Numbered from the stretch's first letter, positions 1-9,712 are shown. The stretch is 64,000 nucleotides of DNA from an uncultured delta proteobacterium (GCA_963706575.1 CAVPNL010000011.1:1-64000); one strand, 5' to 3'. A program made the numbers and translations. The notes: generated by a model from the sequence alone, not told the origin.

Positions 1-71
1 GGAATATGCAGTTCATGAAAAAAATATTATTGAAAATTCATTTGTAGGGCAGATACACAGAGAGTTTTCTA

Positions 72-923
72 ATGGTTAACAATTTTAAAACATTTTTGTT
101 CGCCGCAATACCCTCGATAGTCATGACGGTCATTATGCTTCTCTTATACCCTCTTTTTCTACACCCAGAATTCACAAAAGAGGTTGTCTTGGAAGCACAA
201 CAAAATTCCCAGAGAGTAGCTGCATATTTCATAAAAGAATATTACCCTGCTATATCATCAATCGTTAAAATTGTTCCCAGTGATCTTGAAGCATCCATAC
301 AACGAGACATAGATATTTTCAATATTTGGAAGATTAGATTTTTCAACCCTGATGGGGAAATCTTATATTCCAGTGAAAAGGCTGAGATTGGAAATATGAA
401 TAAAAAACCGTATTTTGAGGAATTGGTTGCTAAAGGACATATACTTGCAAATATGGTTAAAAAGGAAGGAGATACCGAAGACGGCACGCCCACCCCTTAT
501 GATGTTGTTGAAACGTATATCCCGATTATGTTAGAGAATACATTCAACGGTGCTTTTGAAGTTTATGTCAACGTTACTGAACAAACGCAACGACTCAAGG
601 CACTATTCTGGCGTTCTTACATTATTTTTTCACTAGTTATCTGTATTTTGCTGATTCTAATCGTTGTTTTTTCTTTAAGGATGGATAAAGCAGCAAAGGA
701 GCGTGAAAATATTATTTTAAAACTCCAAGATGCTCTTGCAGAAGTGATAACATTAAGGGGTATTATTCCAATTTGCGCTTCTTGTAAAAAAGTTCGTGAT
801 GATAAAGGATATTGGAACCAGATAGAATCATATATCAGAGATCATTCTGAAGCTGATTTTAGCCATAGTATTTGTCCTGAATGTGCAAAAGAGCTTTATC
901 CCGATTTGAAAATTTATGACTGA
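72..923 (+). CDS. Membrane sensor protein (2 TM, periplasmic domain) with C-terminal Cys-rich (CxxC...CxxC) putative Zn-binding domain
   Basis: 283-aa ORF with two hydrophobic segments and C-terminal ICASCKKVRDDKGYWNQIESYI...FSHSICPEC, a motif typical of deltaproteobacterial signalling proteins. Confidence 0.75.
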   Translation: MVNNFKTFLFAAIPSIVMTVIMLLLYPLFLHPEFTKEVVLEAQQNSQRVAAYFIKEYYPAISSIVKIVPSDLEASIQRDIDIFNIWKIRFFNPDGEILYSSEKAEIGNMNKKPYFEELVAKGHILANMVKKEGDTEDGTPTPYDVVETYIPIMLENTFNGAFEVYVNVTEQTQRLKALFWRSYIIFSLVICILLILIVVFSLRMDKAAKERENIILKLQDALAEVITLRGIIPICASCKKVRDDKGYWNQIESYIRDHSEADFSHSICPECAKELYPDLKIYD

Positions 924-1011
924 ACAAGAATTTAATTTTCAGGATAGAATAGTTTCAAAAATTTACCGTTTTACTGATTTTTGTTCATAAGTCTTTCTAT
1001 AGGACAAGTAT

Positions 1012-1926
1012 ATGTCAGAGAACTGGAAATGCATTACTCCGCCGACCCAAAGTTTCGCAGGATTACCGGTATGTACCCAACTTAACGACTTAGAGGCGGA
1101 TATCGCAATCACTGGACTCCACTACGTCAGTCCCTATCCTCAGAGATTACCAGCAACTACAGCCAAGATCGTGGTTGAAACCGCTCCAGATGCCATTCGC
1201 CGGTAATCGATGATTTTTATCGATCATTTGGATCATTATGACTTTGATTTCGACGATGTTCTTTTAGCTGGCCGGCATGTCCGGATGGTTGATTGCGGGG
1301 ATGTAGACAAGCTGCATAGCGGCGGAAAAAACCCGGAACGTATCATCGCTGCCATTCGCACCATATTGAGCCGGGGCGCAAAGCCTATTGTTTTGGGTAC
1401 TGATGAGGGGGGTTGTATCCCGGTCATTCGCGCCTATGATGTCTGCGGTTCCCTTTGCGTAGTGCATATCGATGCCCATATTGATTGGGACGGAGATATC
1501 CGCGAATACCGTAAAGTGGGAGAAATGCCAATCGAGATAATAAAAAAGGCGTTTGAAGAGATCGGATGTAAAATGGGACGGGTAGGGGCGGAACTTGGCC
1601 GTGAACAACGATTGGGCATTTCTTACCAGGATTTTATAAAGATGCAGGATGCTTTACCTGCAATATCTTTTGTCGATGCCGCTGATATATTCTGGCAATT
1701 AAGGATGGTCAAGTCTGAAGCTGAAATTGCCATAATTACCAAAGCCTGCAAAATGCAGGATTCCATCTTTAAAGGAACTTTTGAGGCTGTTGAAACCGGT
1801 ATGATTCTTCATATCGAGCCCGGCTGTATTGAAAAAGATGGAATATATGTTCTTGAAGAACAGGTTCTTGTCACGGAAAGCGGGAGCAAAGTTCTTTCAC
1901 ATGCTCCCTGGAATTTGCAGGCTTAA
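1012..1926 (+). pseudogene. Chimeric pseudogene: arginase/agmatinase N-terminal part (internal TAA at 1204-1206) fused in frame to internally deleted M24 (Xaa-Pro) peptidase fragments
   Basis: SFAGLP..APDAIRR*..VDCGDV..HIDAHIDW (arginase metal motif), then LRMVKSEAEI and GMILHIEPG..LEEQVLVTESG (M24 motifs) with most of the M24 catalytic domain missing. Confidence 0.75.
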
Positions 1927-1996
1927 TAAAAAATAACACACTTGTAGATTTGACGCAGAACTTTATCCTACCCTGCCGGTTTTTCCCAACACCTGA

Positions 1997-2167
1997 AAAT
2001 TCTGCGTAAAACAGAAAGCCAAACGACGTGGCAGGAACCCGGCTACCGGAAAGGACCAGGAACTGGCACCAAGAAAAGTCGTCACATTCAAATGGTCTGG
2101 GATGCTGAAGGAAAAACTGAATACAAAACCGAAAACAAAGGCAAAGAAAAGACCCGTTAGAGCATAA
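1997..2167 (+). pseudogene. Integration host factor/HU family protein, C-terminal half only
   Basis: Frame not in the ORF track: KFCVKQKAKRRGRNPATGKDQELAPRKVVTFKWSGMLKEKLN...*; contains the IHF/HU arm motif GRNPxTG; in-frame TGA immediately upstream and no start codon. Confidence 0.8.
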
Positions 2168-2571
2168 AAAAATAGGTTCCCGTAGTGCCACTAAACATAA
2201 AAAATGTTGAACTTTAATTTACCATCGTATAAATCTGATGAACAAAGATGGTTTAAGATATGAGTTATATATCTGAAAACTTTATGATTTCTAGATATTG
2301 GCAAGTGATATGCAATAGAAGTTCTGTCAAATTTTTGGCAGATTTTGAGCATATCTTCAATTTTGCGGGAATTTAGAGAATCTCAATTTACCACTTTCAA
2401 AACCCCAGATAATTATTGACGAAATTCAATCGATTTGTTTATTAATCTTGGATTCGCCGTTCCACCTGGCCTGACGCTGATCCGAATCTTGCAACTCATC
2501 TGGCACTGCTTTTATTTGAACGATCCATATACAGAGTCCAATTGTTTGAAACCTTAGGACTTACGCAAAAA

Positions 2572-3531
2572 TTAATTCACATTTTTCGCTGGACTAACAG
2601 AGTAGTTCCAGTTTGGTCGTTGGGTGTAATGCTTTAGGTTGACTTCTTTCATCTGGCTGTCGCAAATGCGAATTCCCTTCTGATATTGTTTTGTATGAAG
2701 GGCGGCACGGATTTTTAGACCAGCACAAGTTTTGGTAGTCCGGATAAATTTCAATACGGTTTCATAGTCGGTCAAAGGATGGGCGGCCCAGTTATTGCTG
2801 ATAAAGCAAAACATGCGGTGCTCGATTGGGTTCCATTTTGACGTTCCCGGTGGATAATGGCATACCTTGACATAAACTTTGAAGCGATCAGCAAAAGAAA
2901 CTTGAAGTTGCTGCTTCCAAAGCCGAGTACGATAACCATTGCTTCCCCCGCAGTCGGCCAGTATGAGCAGATGATCAGCCTTGGGGTATTTGACCGAACC
3001 GATCATTTGCCACCACTTGCGGATGGAAGCCACGGCAAATTGGGCGGTGTCACGACTTGTGCCCAGGTTGACAAATCCCTCATTACGGCAAAAATCATAT
3101 ATGCCGTAAGGGATGGCAAGCCCTTTTGCATCGGATGGAAAATCATGGTCAAGCACCGCGACGGGCTGCTGGTACCATTGTCGCCCGGGCTGATGAAACG
3201 GTCCGATCAACTCGCGGCTTTTGGTATCAACACTGATCACCGGCAACCCATGGGCAGCGTAGTGTTTAATCCGGGAGCGGATGTAGCGAAACTGTTGATC
3301 GCGCTGGCGGGGCGCAGGGGGATTTCTCAGTCCCGACTCAAGGCTTTTCAAATTTCTGCGAAGGGAGTAATCCATTTTCTTAAGCAGCCTGCCCACAGTG
3401 TTGGCCGAAACGCAAATACCCATGCGTTTGAGTTCGCGGGCAATCTTGCCGGTGGTCTTGCGAGTCCATTTGCATCCACTGACCGGATCCCCGGCAGTTT
3501 CGTATTTCATGATGTCGGCGATCGCATTCAT
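2572..3531 (-). CDS. ISAzo13-family DDE transposase, catalytic part
   Basis: TAGDP..KWT.K, VISVDTK, DHDFP, PYGIYD, ADCGGSNG, HYPPGTSKWNPIEHRMF, WNY motifs. Confidence 0.9.
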   Translation of the reverse strand: MNAIADIMKYETAGDPVSGCKWTRKTTGKIARELKRMGICVSANTVGRLLKKMDYSLRRNLKSLESGLRNPPAPRQRDQQFRYIRSRIKHYAAHGLPVISVDTKSRELIGPFHQPGRQWYQQPVAVLDHDFPSDAKGLAIPYGIYDFCRNEGFVNLGTSRDTAQFAVASIRKWWQMIGSVKYPKADHLLILADCGGSNGYRTRLWKQQLQVSFADRFKVYVKVCHYPPGTSKWNPIEHRMFCFISNNWAAHPLTDYETVLKFIRTTKTCAGLKIRAALHTKQYQKGIRICDSQMKEVNLKHYTQRPNWNYSVSPAKNVN

Positions 3532-4400
3532 GATTTGCGGTGTTTTTTTTCCTGTGTTGGTCGACCGGCACCTGGTGCCCGCAGCCGATCGGTGGCGGTT
3601 AAATCCGTGTCCATCAATTCTCTGCGCCCTTTTGCGACAGTATGCGGATCCATGCCCAGAATAGAAGCAATGTGCGCATCCCCGCCATGGCCAAGTTTGA
3701 GAGATTCAAGCCCGGCATACCATCGGCGTTGTTTCTCGTTGAGCATGCTGCAAAACAAAACCAACAAGGCTTTGGCTTCATCGGTGGCCAGATCGGGGTT
3801 GGCCACGATCAAAGAGGCCGGTGATTGCTGTAAAAAGGCGTTGCGAGCCTGGATCTGTCGGCTGGCCACATCCTTTTGGCCGGACAGATATACATACACG
3901 GAATTGAATGTTTCGCGCGCAAGGCTGCCATCTCGAACCAATTTAGTGAGCGCATGTTTGGTTTTAACCCGAAGAATGTCCTTGAGCTCGCCGGCACTAT
4001 AACCTGCGTTGGAATGATGCACGAAGGCTTGGCATGTTTGCAGCAAGTTTCCAAAGCGCGAAAACCACACCGAGCGGAAACTCCAAAGCCCTTGTTCCGA
4101 GAATTGGGCAATGGATTTTAAGGTGTAGTATTTACCCCGGTGCGAATAGCTGCTCAGATATTGTAAATCGCCCAACTTGCGAAATACCGTACAGCGAGCT
4201 GGATTACCCAAAGCTTCTCGCAACTGATCGAGGGTGGCAATTTTGTGCCGATCAAAGAATTGCTTGAGGGCCTGCAGGTGATATTTTGTCGTATTCATAA
4301 TGAGACTATTAGCCTTTATTATCGCAAAAGTCAAGGCTAATGTTCTCATATTAAAAAAACCTTTAGCTGCTATGCAATATGGATTTAAAAGTATCACCAT
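3528..4400 (-). CDS. ISAzo13 transposase N-terminal ORF (extra N-terminal region plus HTH), probably joined to the downstream ORF by -1 frameshift
   Basis: LNEKQRRWYAGLES..GHGG..IASILG..TVAKGRREL..RLRAPGAGR is the usual ISAzo13 N-terminus; A8 run at the overlap (3543-3550); true start may be later (MNTTKY). Confidence 0.75.
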   Translation of the reverse strand: MVILLNPYCIAAKGFFNMRTLALTFAIIKANSLIMNTTKYHLQALKQFFDRHKIATLDQLREALGNPARCTVFRKLGDLQYLSSYSHRGKYYTLKSIAQFSEQGLWSFRSVWFSRFGNLLQTCQAFVHHSNAGYSAGELKDILRVKTKHALTKLVRDGSLARETFNSVYVYLSGQKDVASRQIQARNAFLQQSPASLIVANPDLATDEAKALLVLFCSMLNEKQRRWYAGLESLKLGHGGDAHIASILGMDPHTVAKGRRELMDTDLTATDRLRAPGAGRPTQEKKHRKS

Positions 4401-4701
4401 TCTTAAGATTATGCTTCCAAAATGATAAGGTTAGCCCTATTTATTGTTATTTTATAAATGAGTGGCTCTGGAATCTGGTGATTTTCAATGTTTCTCAATA
4501 ATATCTCAACTTTCACCATATTCAGAATTTCAGTAAATATGAAACCTAAATAAGTATTTCATTTTCTGGTTCGTGCTGGGAAAATATCATTCCTATATTT
4601 GCTCTTGACCTCCTAAACCTCTTTATATATTTAACAATTACCGCTATTTAAAATATTCTCACCATCTTTCGTTTTTAAAACCTTAGCAGGAGAGGACTTC
4701 C

Positions 4702-6969
4702 ATGACTCAAGAAGGTTTGAAACGCAAACTAACCGCTGTTCTCAGCGCCGATGCAGTTGGGTACAGTCGGCTCATGGCCGAAGACGAGGCCGCTACTGTA
4801 AAAACTATAGCTACCTACCGTGGAACCATGTCATCTATTATTGAACAGCACAGGGGGCGAGTCGTTGACTCACCAGGGGATAATGTGCTGGCCGAGTTTT
4901 CCAGCGTGGTCGATGCCGTGCAATGTGCAGTGGATGTGCAGAAAGAATTTCAGACCTGCAACGCAGAGTTGGCTGAAAACCGCAGAATGGAGTTTCGCAT
5001 CGGTATCAATCTTGGTGATGTCATTGAAGAAGAAAACCGAATTTACGGTGATGGCGTAAACATTGCGGCTCGCTTAGAGGGGCTTGCCGAAGCAGGAGGA
5101 ATTTGCATATCCGGTACTGCCTTTGACCAGGTTAAGGGCAAGCTCTCTTTAGGATACAAATTCATAGGGAAGCAAACTGTCAAAAACATCCCTGATCCCA
5201 TCCGCGTCTATAAGGTCTTGGTAGCACCTGAAGATGCCGGGAAAATCATTGGAGAAGATAAGCCTAAAAAATTACGATGGGCGCTGATAGCTGCAGTGAT
5301 ACTCATTGTTATAGCTGGAACTTTTGCCATCTGGAAAATCTATTTCGGTCCTCCCCGGATTGAGGTTACTTCCGTGGATAAGAAGGCCTTGCCATTACCA
5401 GAAAAGCCCTCCATTGCTGTTTTGTCGTTTGATAACATGAGCGACGACCCGAAGCAGGAATATTTCAGTGATGGTATTTCAGAGGACATCATCACCGATC
5501 TGTCAAAAATTTCCCGACTGATTGTAATCGCCAGGAACTCCAGCTTTGCATACAAAGGAAAGTCAGTTAATGTTCAGCAGATCGGACAGGATCTCAAGGT
5601 CCGCTACCTGCTGGAGGGCAGCGTCCGAAAAGCCGGAGATCAGGTAAGGATTAATGCCCAGTTGATCGACGCATCTAACGGCCAGCATCTCTGGGCCGAG
5701 CGATACGATGGCAAGATGGACGATATATTTGCCTTGCAAGATAAGATCACCCGAAAAATCATATCCGCCCTGACCTTGAAACTCACTGCCGGCGAACAGA
5801 AAGCTTTAACGGACAGAGGGACTGACAATCTTCAGGCTTACGATGAGTTCCTTAAAGGCTGGCAAGGTTACCGTCTGCTAACTAGCGCAGGCTTCGCCGA
5901 AGCAAAAATTCGTTTGAATAAGGCCGTGGAACTTGATCCCGAGTTTTCCAGAGCCTATGCTGCGCTGGCCGTCCTATATTGGAAAGCAACTCAGCTGGCA
6001 GCACCAGAGCTCAGGAAAGGTTTGGGCTTGAACAACCGCCGAGCATTTATGGCGGCTAAAACGAAACCGCAATTCTTTTTGAAAAAGGCCATGAAAAAGC
6101 CAACTGCTCTGGCTCATGGACTAATGTCTAAATTTTATCTTTTGCGGTACCAGCACGATGAAGCTCTCGCTGAGATTGAACAAGCCGTAGCGATGGATCC
6201 CAACGATCCTGAATTATATACCTGGATGTCAGAGATATATTGGCTTATGGGGAAAAGCAGTGAGGCCATAGAATCAGCGAAATTAGGACTGCGATTAGAT
6301 CCAAACAATCCAACGGCCTACCTAAGACAATGGGGAAAATCACATTTGCCCGATGGAGATCTTCAAGAAAGCATGCAGGTATTTGATAGGGCATTAAGGC
6401 TAAACCCGGAACTATCTGGATCGATTGCACTTAATCAGGCGATCATATACGGCATTCAAGGCCGAGACGAAGAATCTCATACTGCGTATGAAATTTTCTT
6501 AAAAAGCAGAATGACGCCGGTTCGCAATCTGAACGATATTCTACTTTACTTTCCTTTCACGAATCATAAAAAGTTGGATCGCATTGCCGATGCTTTAATA
6601 AAGGCCGGGGCTCCGGGAAAACACACTGATTATTATAGAATATTTAAAGAGAACCGGATCAACGGACAGGAGGTCAAGTCGCTTATTTTCGGTCGCAAGA
6701 TTACTGGAATCTCTATGTCGACAGGTAAGCAACTCTGGTGGGAATGGACAGAAAACGGGAAATTCAAAGTAGATTTTGGATCTTTTCAAGATGAGGGGAA
6801 AAGCTGGGTCGAAGGGGATGTCTTCTTCATCAAATTCAAGAAGATGTTTGGTGGTCTTCCATGTGGTACGATTATTTACAGGAACCCAGATGGATCTGGG
6901 GAAAGCAAAAATCAATATTTCATGGTTAGTGATGTAGGGTCCATTACTCCATTCGCACCAACCGAATAA
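4702..6969 (+). CDS. Class III adenylate/guanylate cyclase with TolB-like domain and TPR repeats
   Basis: RKLTAVLSADAVGYSRLM, GDNVLAEF, FRIGINLGDV..IYGDGVNIAARLE; PSIAVLSFDNMS..YFSDGISEDII; TPRs; AGGAG RBS. Confidence 0.9.
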   Translation: MTQEGLKRKLTAVLSADAVGYSRLMAEDEAATVKTIATYRGTMSSIIEQHRGRVVDSPGDNVLAEFSSVVDAVQCAVDVQKEFQTCNAELAENRRMEFRIGINLGDVIEEENRIYGDGVNIAARLEGLAEAGGICISGTAFDQVKGKLSLGYKFIGKQTVKNIPDPIRVYKVLVAPEDAGKIIGEDKPKKLRWALIAAVILIVIAGTFAIWKIYFGPPRIEVTSVDKKALPLPEKPSIAVLSFDNMSDDPKQEYFSDGISEDIITDLSKISRLIVIARNSSFAYKGKSVNVQQIGQDLKVRYLLEGSVRKAGDQVRINAQLIDASNGQHLWAERYDGKMDDIFALQDKITRKIISALTLKLTAGEQKALTDRGTDNLQAYDEFLKGWQGYRLLTSAGFAEAKIRLNKAVELDPEFSRAYAALAVLYWKATQLAAPELRKGLGLNNRRAFMAAKTKPQFFLKKAMKKPTALAHGLMSKFYLLRYQHDEALAEIEQAVAMDPNDPELYTWMSEIYWLMGKSSEAIESAKLGLRLDPNNPTAYLRQWGKSHLPDGDLQESMQVFDRALRLNPELSGSIALNQAIIYGIQGRDEESHTAYEIFLKSRMTPVRNLNDILLYFPFTNHKKLDRIADALIKAGAPGKHTDYYRIFKENRINGQEVKSLIFGRKITGISMSTGKQLWWEWTENGKFKVDFGSFQDEGKSWVEGDVFFIKFKKMFGGLPCGTIIYRNPDGSGESKNQYFMVSDVGSITPFAPTE

Positions 6970-7160
6970 TAGATTGTTATAATCAGCCAATGCAATTTTA
7001 CTTCAAAGAATCTGCGATATCTGCAACAAAAAACAACTATCTGGCATCACGTAAAATTGCAGATAGTGTAAACGTATCACAACTCAGCGTGTTGTCAGAT
7101 TAAGTTGTATCTCAATTTGAAAAATGAAGGATTGAATCTCGGCCATTGCATTTTATCATT

Positions 7161-7372
7161 TTGTCGAGTTGTCGAGTCTTGTCGAATTGGTACTCGACAC
7201 CCGCGAGTCCTTGACGGACGCGGCTCTGCATGTTGTCAGTCGACTTGCATTGTTTCGCACTAAAAAAAGACCCCCAGTGTGCAGCAACAGAAACCTCGAC
7301 AACTCGACATTTCGCGACCGACGCGGTTTCTCTTTTGTCGAGTTATTTGTCGACCATATTCGACATCGACAA
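7161..7372. repeat. Cluster of short direct and inverted TGTCGA/TCGACA repeats
   Basis: About 11 TCGA cores in 210 bp, e.g. ttgtcgag ttgtcgag tcttgtcgaa ... ctcgacaa ctcgacat ... ttgtcgag. Confidence 0.7.
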
Positions 7373-7579
7373 ACTGCAAATGTTCGGATTGACCATCCAC
7401 CGTATCGGCTTATCCTTGATCTTTACAACCTCATCTCTTTTTTCCAGGGACTTAAGCCTGCCATGCGCCGTAGAATGAGGTAAGCCCGTGACCTCCTCAA
7501 TTTCCTGGTAGGTTGGAAAATGTTGGGAAGCACGGACCATTTTAAGTATTAATTGGTCGTTTTCGTTACTTCCTTGCAT
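7343..7579 (-). pseudogene. Winged-helix fragment, probably the C-terminus of a truncated island gene
   Basis: PTYQEIEEVTGLPHSTAHGRLKSL is HTH-like; its 5' end overlaps the 5' end of the recombinase fragment with no room for a promoter. Confidence 0.45.
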
Positions 7580-8481
7580 TGGCTTTCTTGAACAAAAAAG
7601 ACAGCAAGACCCGGCAATTTAAACCCAAAGATGAGTGGATTCCTATCCCCGTTTCACCCATCATCGATGATGCCACCTGGCAAAAGGCCAGACAACTCAA
7701 AAAGGAGCGCTCCCCGGCCAAGTCACGCCGTAATCCGGCAGTGGAATCCTCGAAAACCATTCTAACCGGAATCGCGGTATGTGGATTGTGTGGTGCCGGG
7801 ATGGCGCTGGAGACGGCTAAAGCAGGGCGTTATACCTATTACAACTGCTCAAATTACTTTCGCAAAGGCAAATCCACGTGCCCTGGGCAACGTATACCCG
7901 CCAAAAGCCTCGAGCAAGCTGTTATCCAGCATCTGATAACCAAACTGTTTACAAAACAACGGATAAAGCAGCTGCTAAAAGGCATATATAAAGAGATGCA
8001 GCAGGCGGACCGGCAAAATGACAACCTGCGCAAGAGCCTGATTAGAAGGCTCGATGGCATCCAAAACCGGCTGAACCGTCAATATGAGGCCATTGAATCG
8101 GCGGTAATCGATTTGCAGGATGTGGGTGAACGCATCCGGGAGCTCAAAACCCGGCGAGAGAAGATCAAACACAGCCTTCAGGAGCTGAAAAAGCCCCGGG
8201 CGATCCCTTTGCATTTCTTCAAAGACGAATCCATAGCCGCCTTTCAGCAGTCTATTAAAAGTATGTTCATCCAGTGTGATGACAGGCGGCTGGTTAAGCG
8301 CTATCTGCAACTGTTTATCGAAAAGATCGTTATCAACTTGCCAAGGGTGGAGATTGTGGCAAAGCCAGAGGTAATTTTAGCGGTACTTGAAAATAAAAAG
8401 GCTGTAAGAACCGATGGAGTTCTTACAGCCGTAGGTGCTTGGCTCCCCAGCACGGACTCGAACCGCGGACCCGGTGGTTAA
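7579..8481 (+). pseudogene. Large serine recombinase (integrase), N-terminally truncated
   Basis: EWIPIPVSPIIDDATWQKA (end of recombinase domain), LTGIAVCGLCGAGM..YYNC..C zinc ribbon, coiled coil, FIEKIVI; catalytic resolvase domain absent and in-frame stop at 7543. Confidence 0.85.
8395..8430 (-). terminator. Intrinsic terminator downstream of tRNA-Asn
   Basis: GGCTGTAAGAAC-N7-GTTCTTACAGCC stem followed by T5 on the minus strand. Confidence 0.75.
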
Positions 8482-8515
8482 CAGCCACCTGCTCTGCCAA
8501 CTGAGCTACTGGGGA
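8440..8515 (-). tRNA. tRNA-Asn (GTT)
   Basis: Reverse complement TCCCCAGTAGCTCAGTTGGCAGAGCAGGTGGCT-GTT-AACCACCGGGTCCGCGGTTCGAGTCCGTGCTGGGGAGCCA; cloverleaf with encoded CCA; TTGACA-17-TAGCTT upstream. Confidence 0.97.
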
Positions 8516-8796
8516 TTAATAGGAACCTGCAAAGCTAATAAAGAATTGGGCTGATGTCAAGAAAAAATTAGATCCTTCAAACCTATATTTTTATTGTTAT
8601 TTTAACAGCTTTCATGGTTCTTTACCGCTTAAGTTTGTCAAGTTCACATAGGTATTCATCAGTAAAGGTCAGCCGAAATCTGCAGTCATAGATGTTGTGG
8701 CACCTTTTCCTTGCAGAACAGAGGTAATTTTTCTATATTCCTTATCTGAAAAAGAAGTGTCTATAGATCAATCGATAACAGGGAGGGTAACGGGCC

Positions 8797-9171
8797 ATGA
8801 CTGAATCTGATAAAAACGAAAGAATTGGTACACTCTTCGCCATTACCATGGATGTAAATGATTTAGAGACCGGTGCCAAATTCTGGTCCCAGGTCTTGGG
8901 AACTGAAATACTCTACCAGAATGAGAAATACTTACGACTTGGGCACAAAGGAGAGCGTCCCACATTGCTGCTCCAAAAAGTACCAGAACCACACGAAGTG
9001 AAGAACCGTGTCCACATTGATCTGGATGTGGCCGACCTCGATGCGGCAGTTAGTCGCGTGCAGAAGTTGGGAGGAAACAAACTCAGGGAACTCAATGAAT
9101 ACGGTATCAAGTGGGCAGTTATGGCAGACCCGGATGGCAATGAGTTCTGCCTGGTCCAGCATTCCAAGTAG
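8797..9171 (+). CDS. VOC/glyoxalase family protein
   Basis: AKFWSQVLG, KNRVHIDLDV, WAVMADPDGNEFCL; GGGAGG RBS. Confidence 0.9.
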   Translation: MTESDKNERIGTLFAITMDVNDLETGAKFWSQVLGTEILYQNEKYLRLGHKGERPTLLLQKVPEPHEVKNRVHIDLDVADLDAAVSRVQKLGGNKLRELNEYGIKWAVMADPDGNEFCLVQHSK

Positions 9172-9265
9172 TGCCGCAGTACGGATCAGATTTTTTCAGG
9201 TTTCTGGTAATATTCTGCAATTGCATATAATTATCGCATACCTTTGCTAGACAGATTCTTTCCCT

Positions 9266-9336
9266 CTAAAGTCGTTCACTCAGGTGAGCCACTTTAGCGA
9301 ATAATGGGACGCTATCAACTGGGGCGTCCTTTTTTC
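9266..9336 (+). ncRNA. Candidate structured RNA: hairpin followed by intrinsic terminator
   Basis: CTAAAGT-cGTTCAC-tcag-GTGAGCc-ACTTTAG hairpin, then GGGACGC..GCGTCC plus T6; no family recognised. Confidence 0.35.
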
Positions 9337-9565
9337 GTTTCGGCCTGAGAGGTTTTCGTATCCTGGAATTATACGTATCATGCAGTCTATCCTTTTCCTC
9401 ATTGTTTTGCCCAAAACAAACTGCACGATGAAAATCTTCAACATATACTACTGTTATTATTAATAATAGTTTATATTTTTTATGGAAATTCCGAAGCCTG
9501 TATTTCAGCATTACGCCTTATTCTGAATTTTTATAAAAATTGATGGGTTAAAGTCTAAAAACGGG

Positions 9566-9593
9566 TAAAGATTTTGGCATCTTTTGCCGATAA
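9566..9593 (+). promoter_or_regulatory. Putative sigma28 (FliA/SigD) promoter
   Basis: TAAA-N16-GCCGATAA about 120 bp upstream of the kinase operon. Confidence 0.55.
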
Positions 9594-9712
9594 AAAAAGT
9601 GTCTTGAACCGGTTTTTGCGGATAAATAATACCAATTTGAATTTCCAGCAGTTCGTGTTTTTCTGCCTCCTCCGCAAATGAGTCCATAAGTAATTATAAT
9701 CTAATTAGGTGA

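Larger units (their letters stand above)
2555..4440 (-). mobile_element. ISAzo13-family insertion sequence (ends approximate)
   Basis: Two overlapping ORFs with ISAzo13 transposase motifs; GC-richer than its flanks; only weak candidate ends (AGGACTTAC near 2556 vs reverse-complement AGGGCTAAC near 4438). Confidence 0.7.

Noticed and set aside
1204..1206. Readthrough of the internal stop in the arginase-like gene
   Set aside because: The stop is TAA, with no SECIS-like structure, and the gene is otherwise broken.
1950..1995. Possible IS end truncating the IHF remnant
   Set aside because: No matching partner repeat found in the window, so it cannot be supported.
2857..4002. 381-aa plus-strand ORF
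   Set aside because: Antisense shadow of the ISAzo13 transposase; no recognisable motifs.
9575..9588. Sigma54 site TGGCATCTTTTGC
   Set aside because: GG-to-GC spacing is 8 rather than the required 10; sigma28 fits better.
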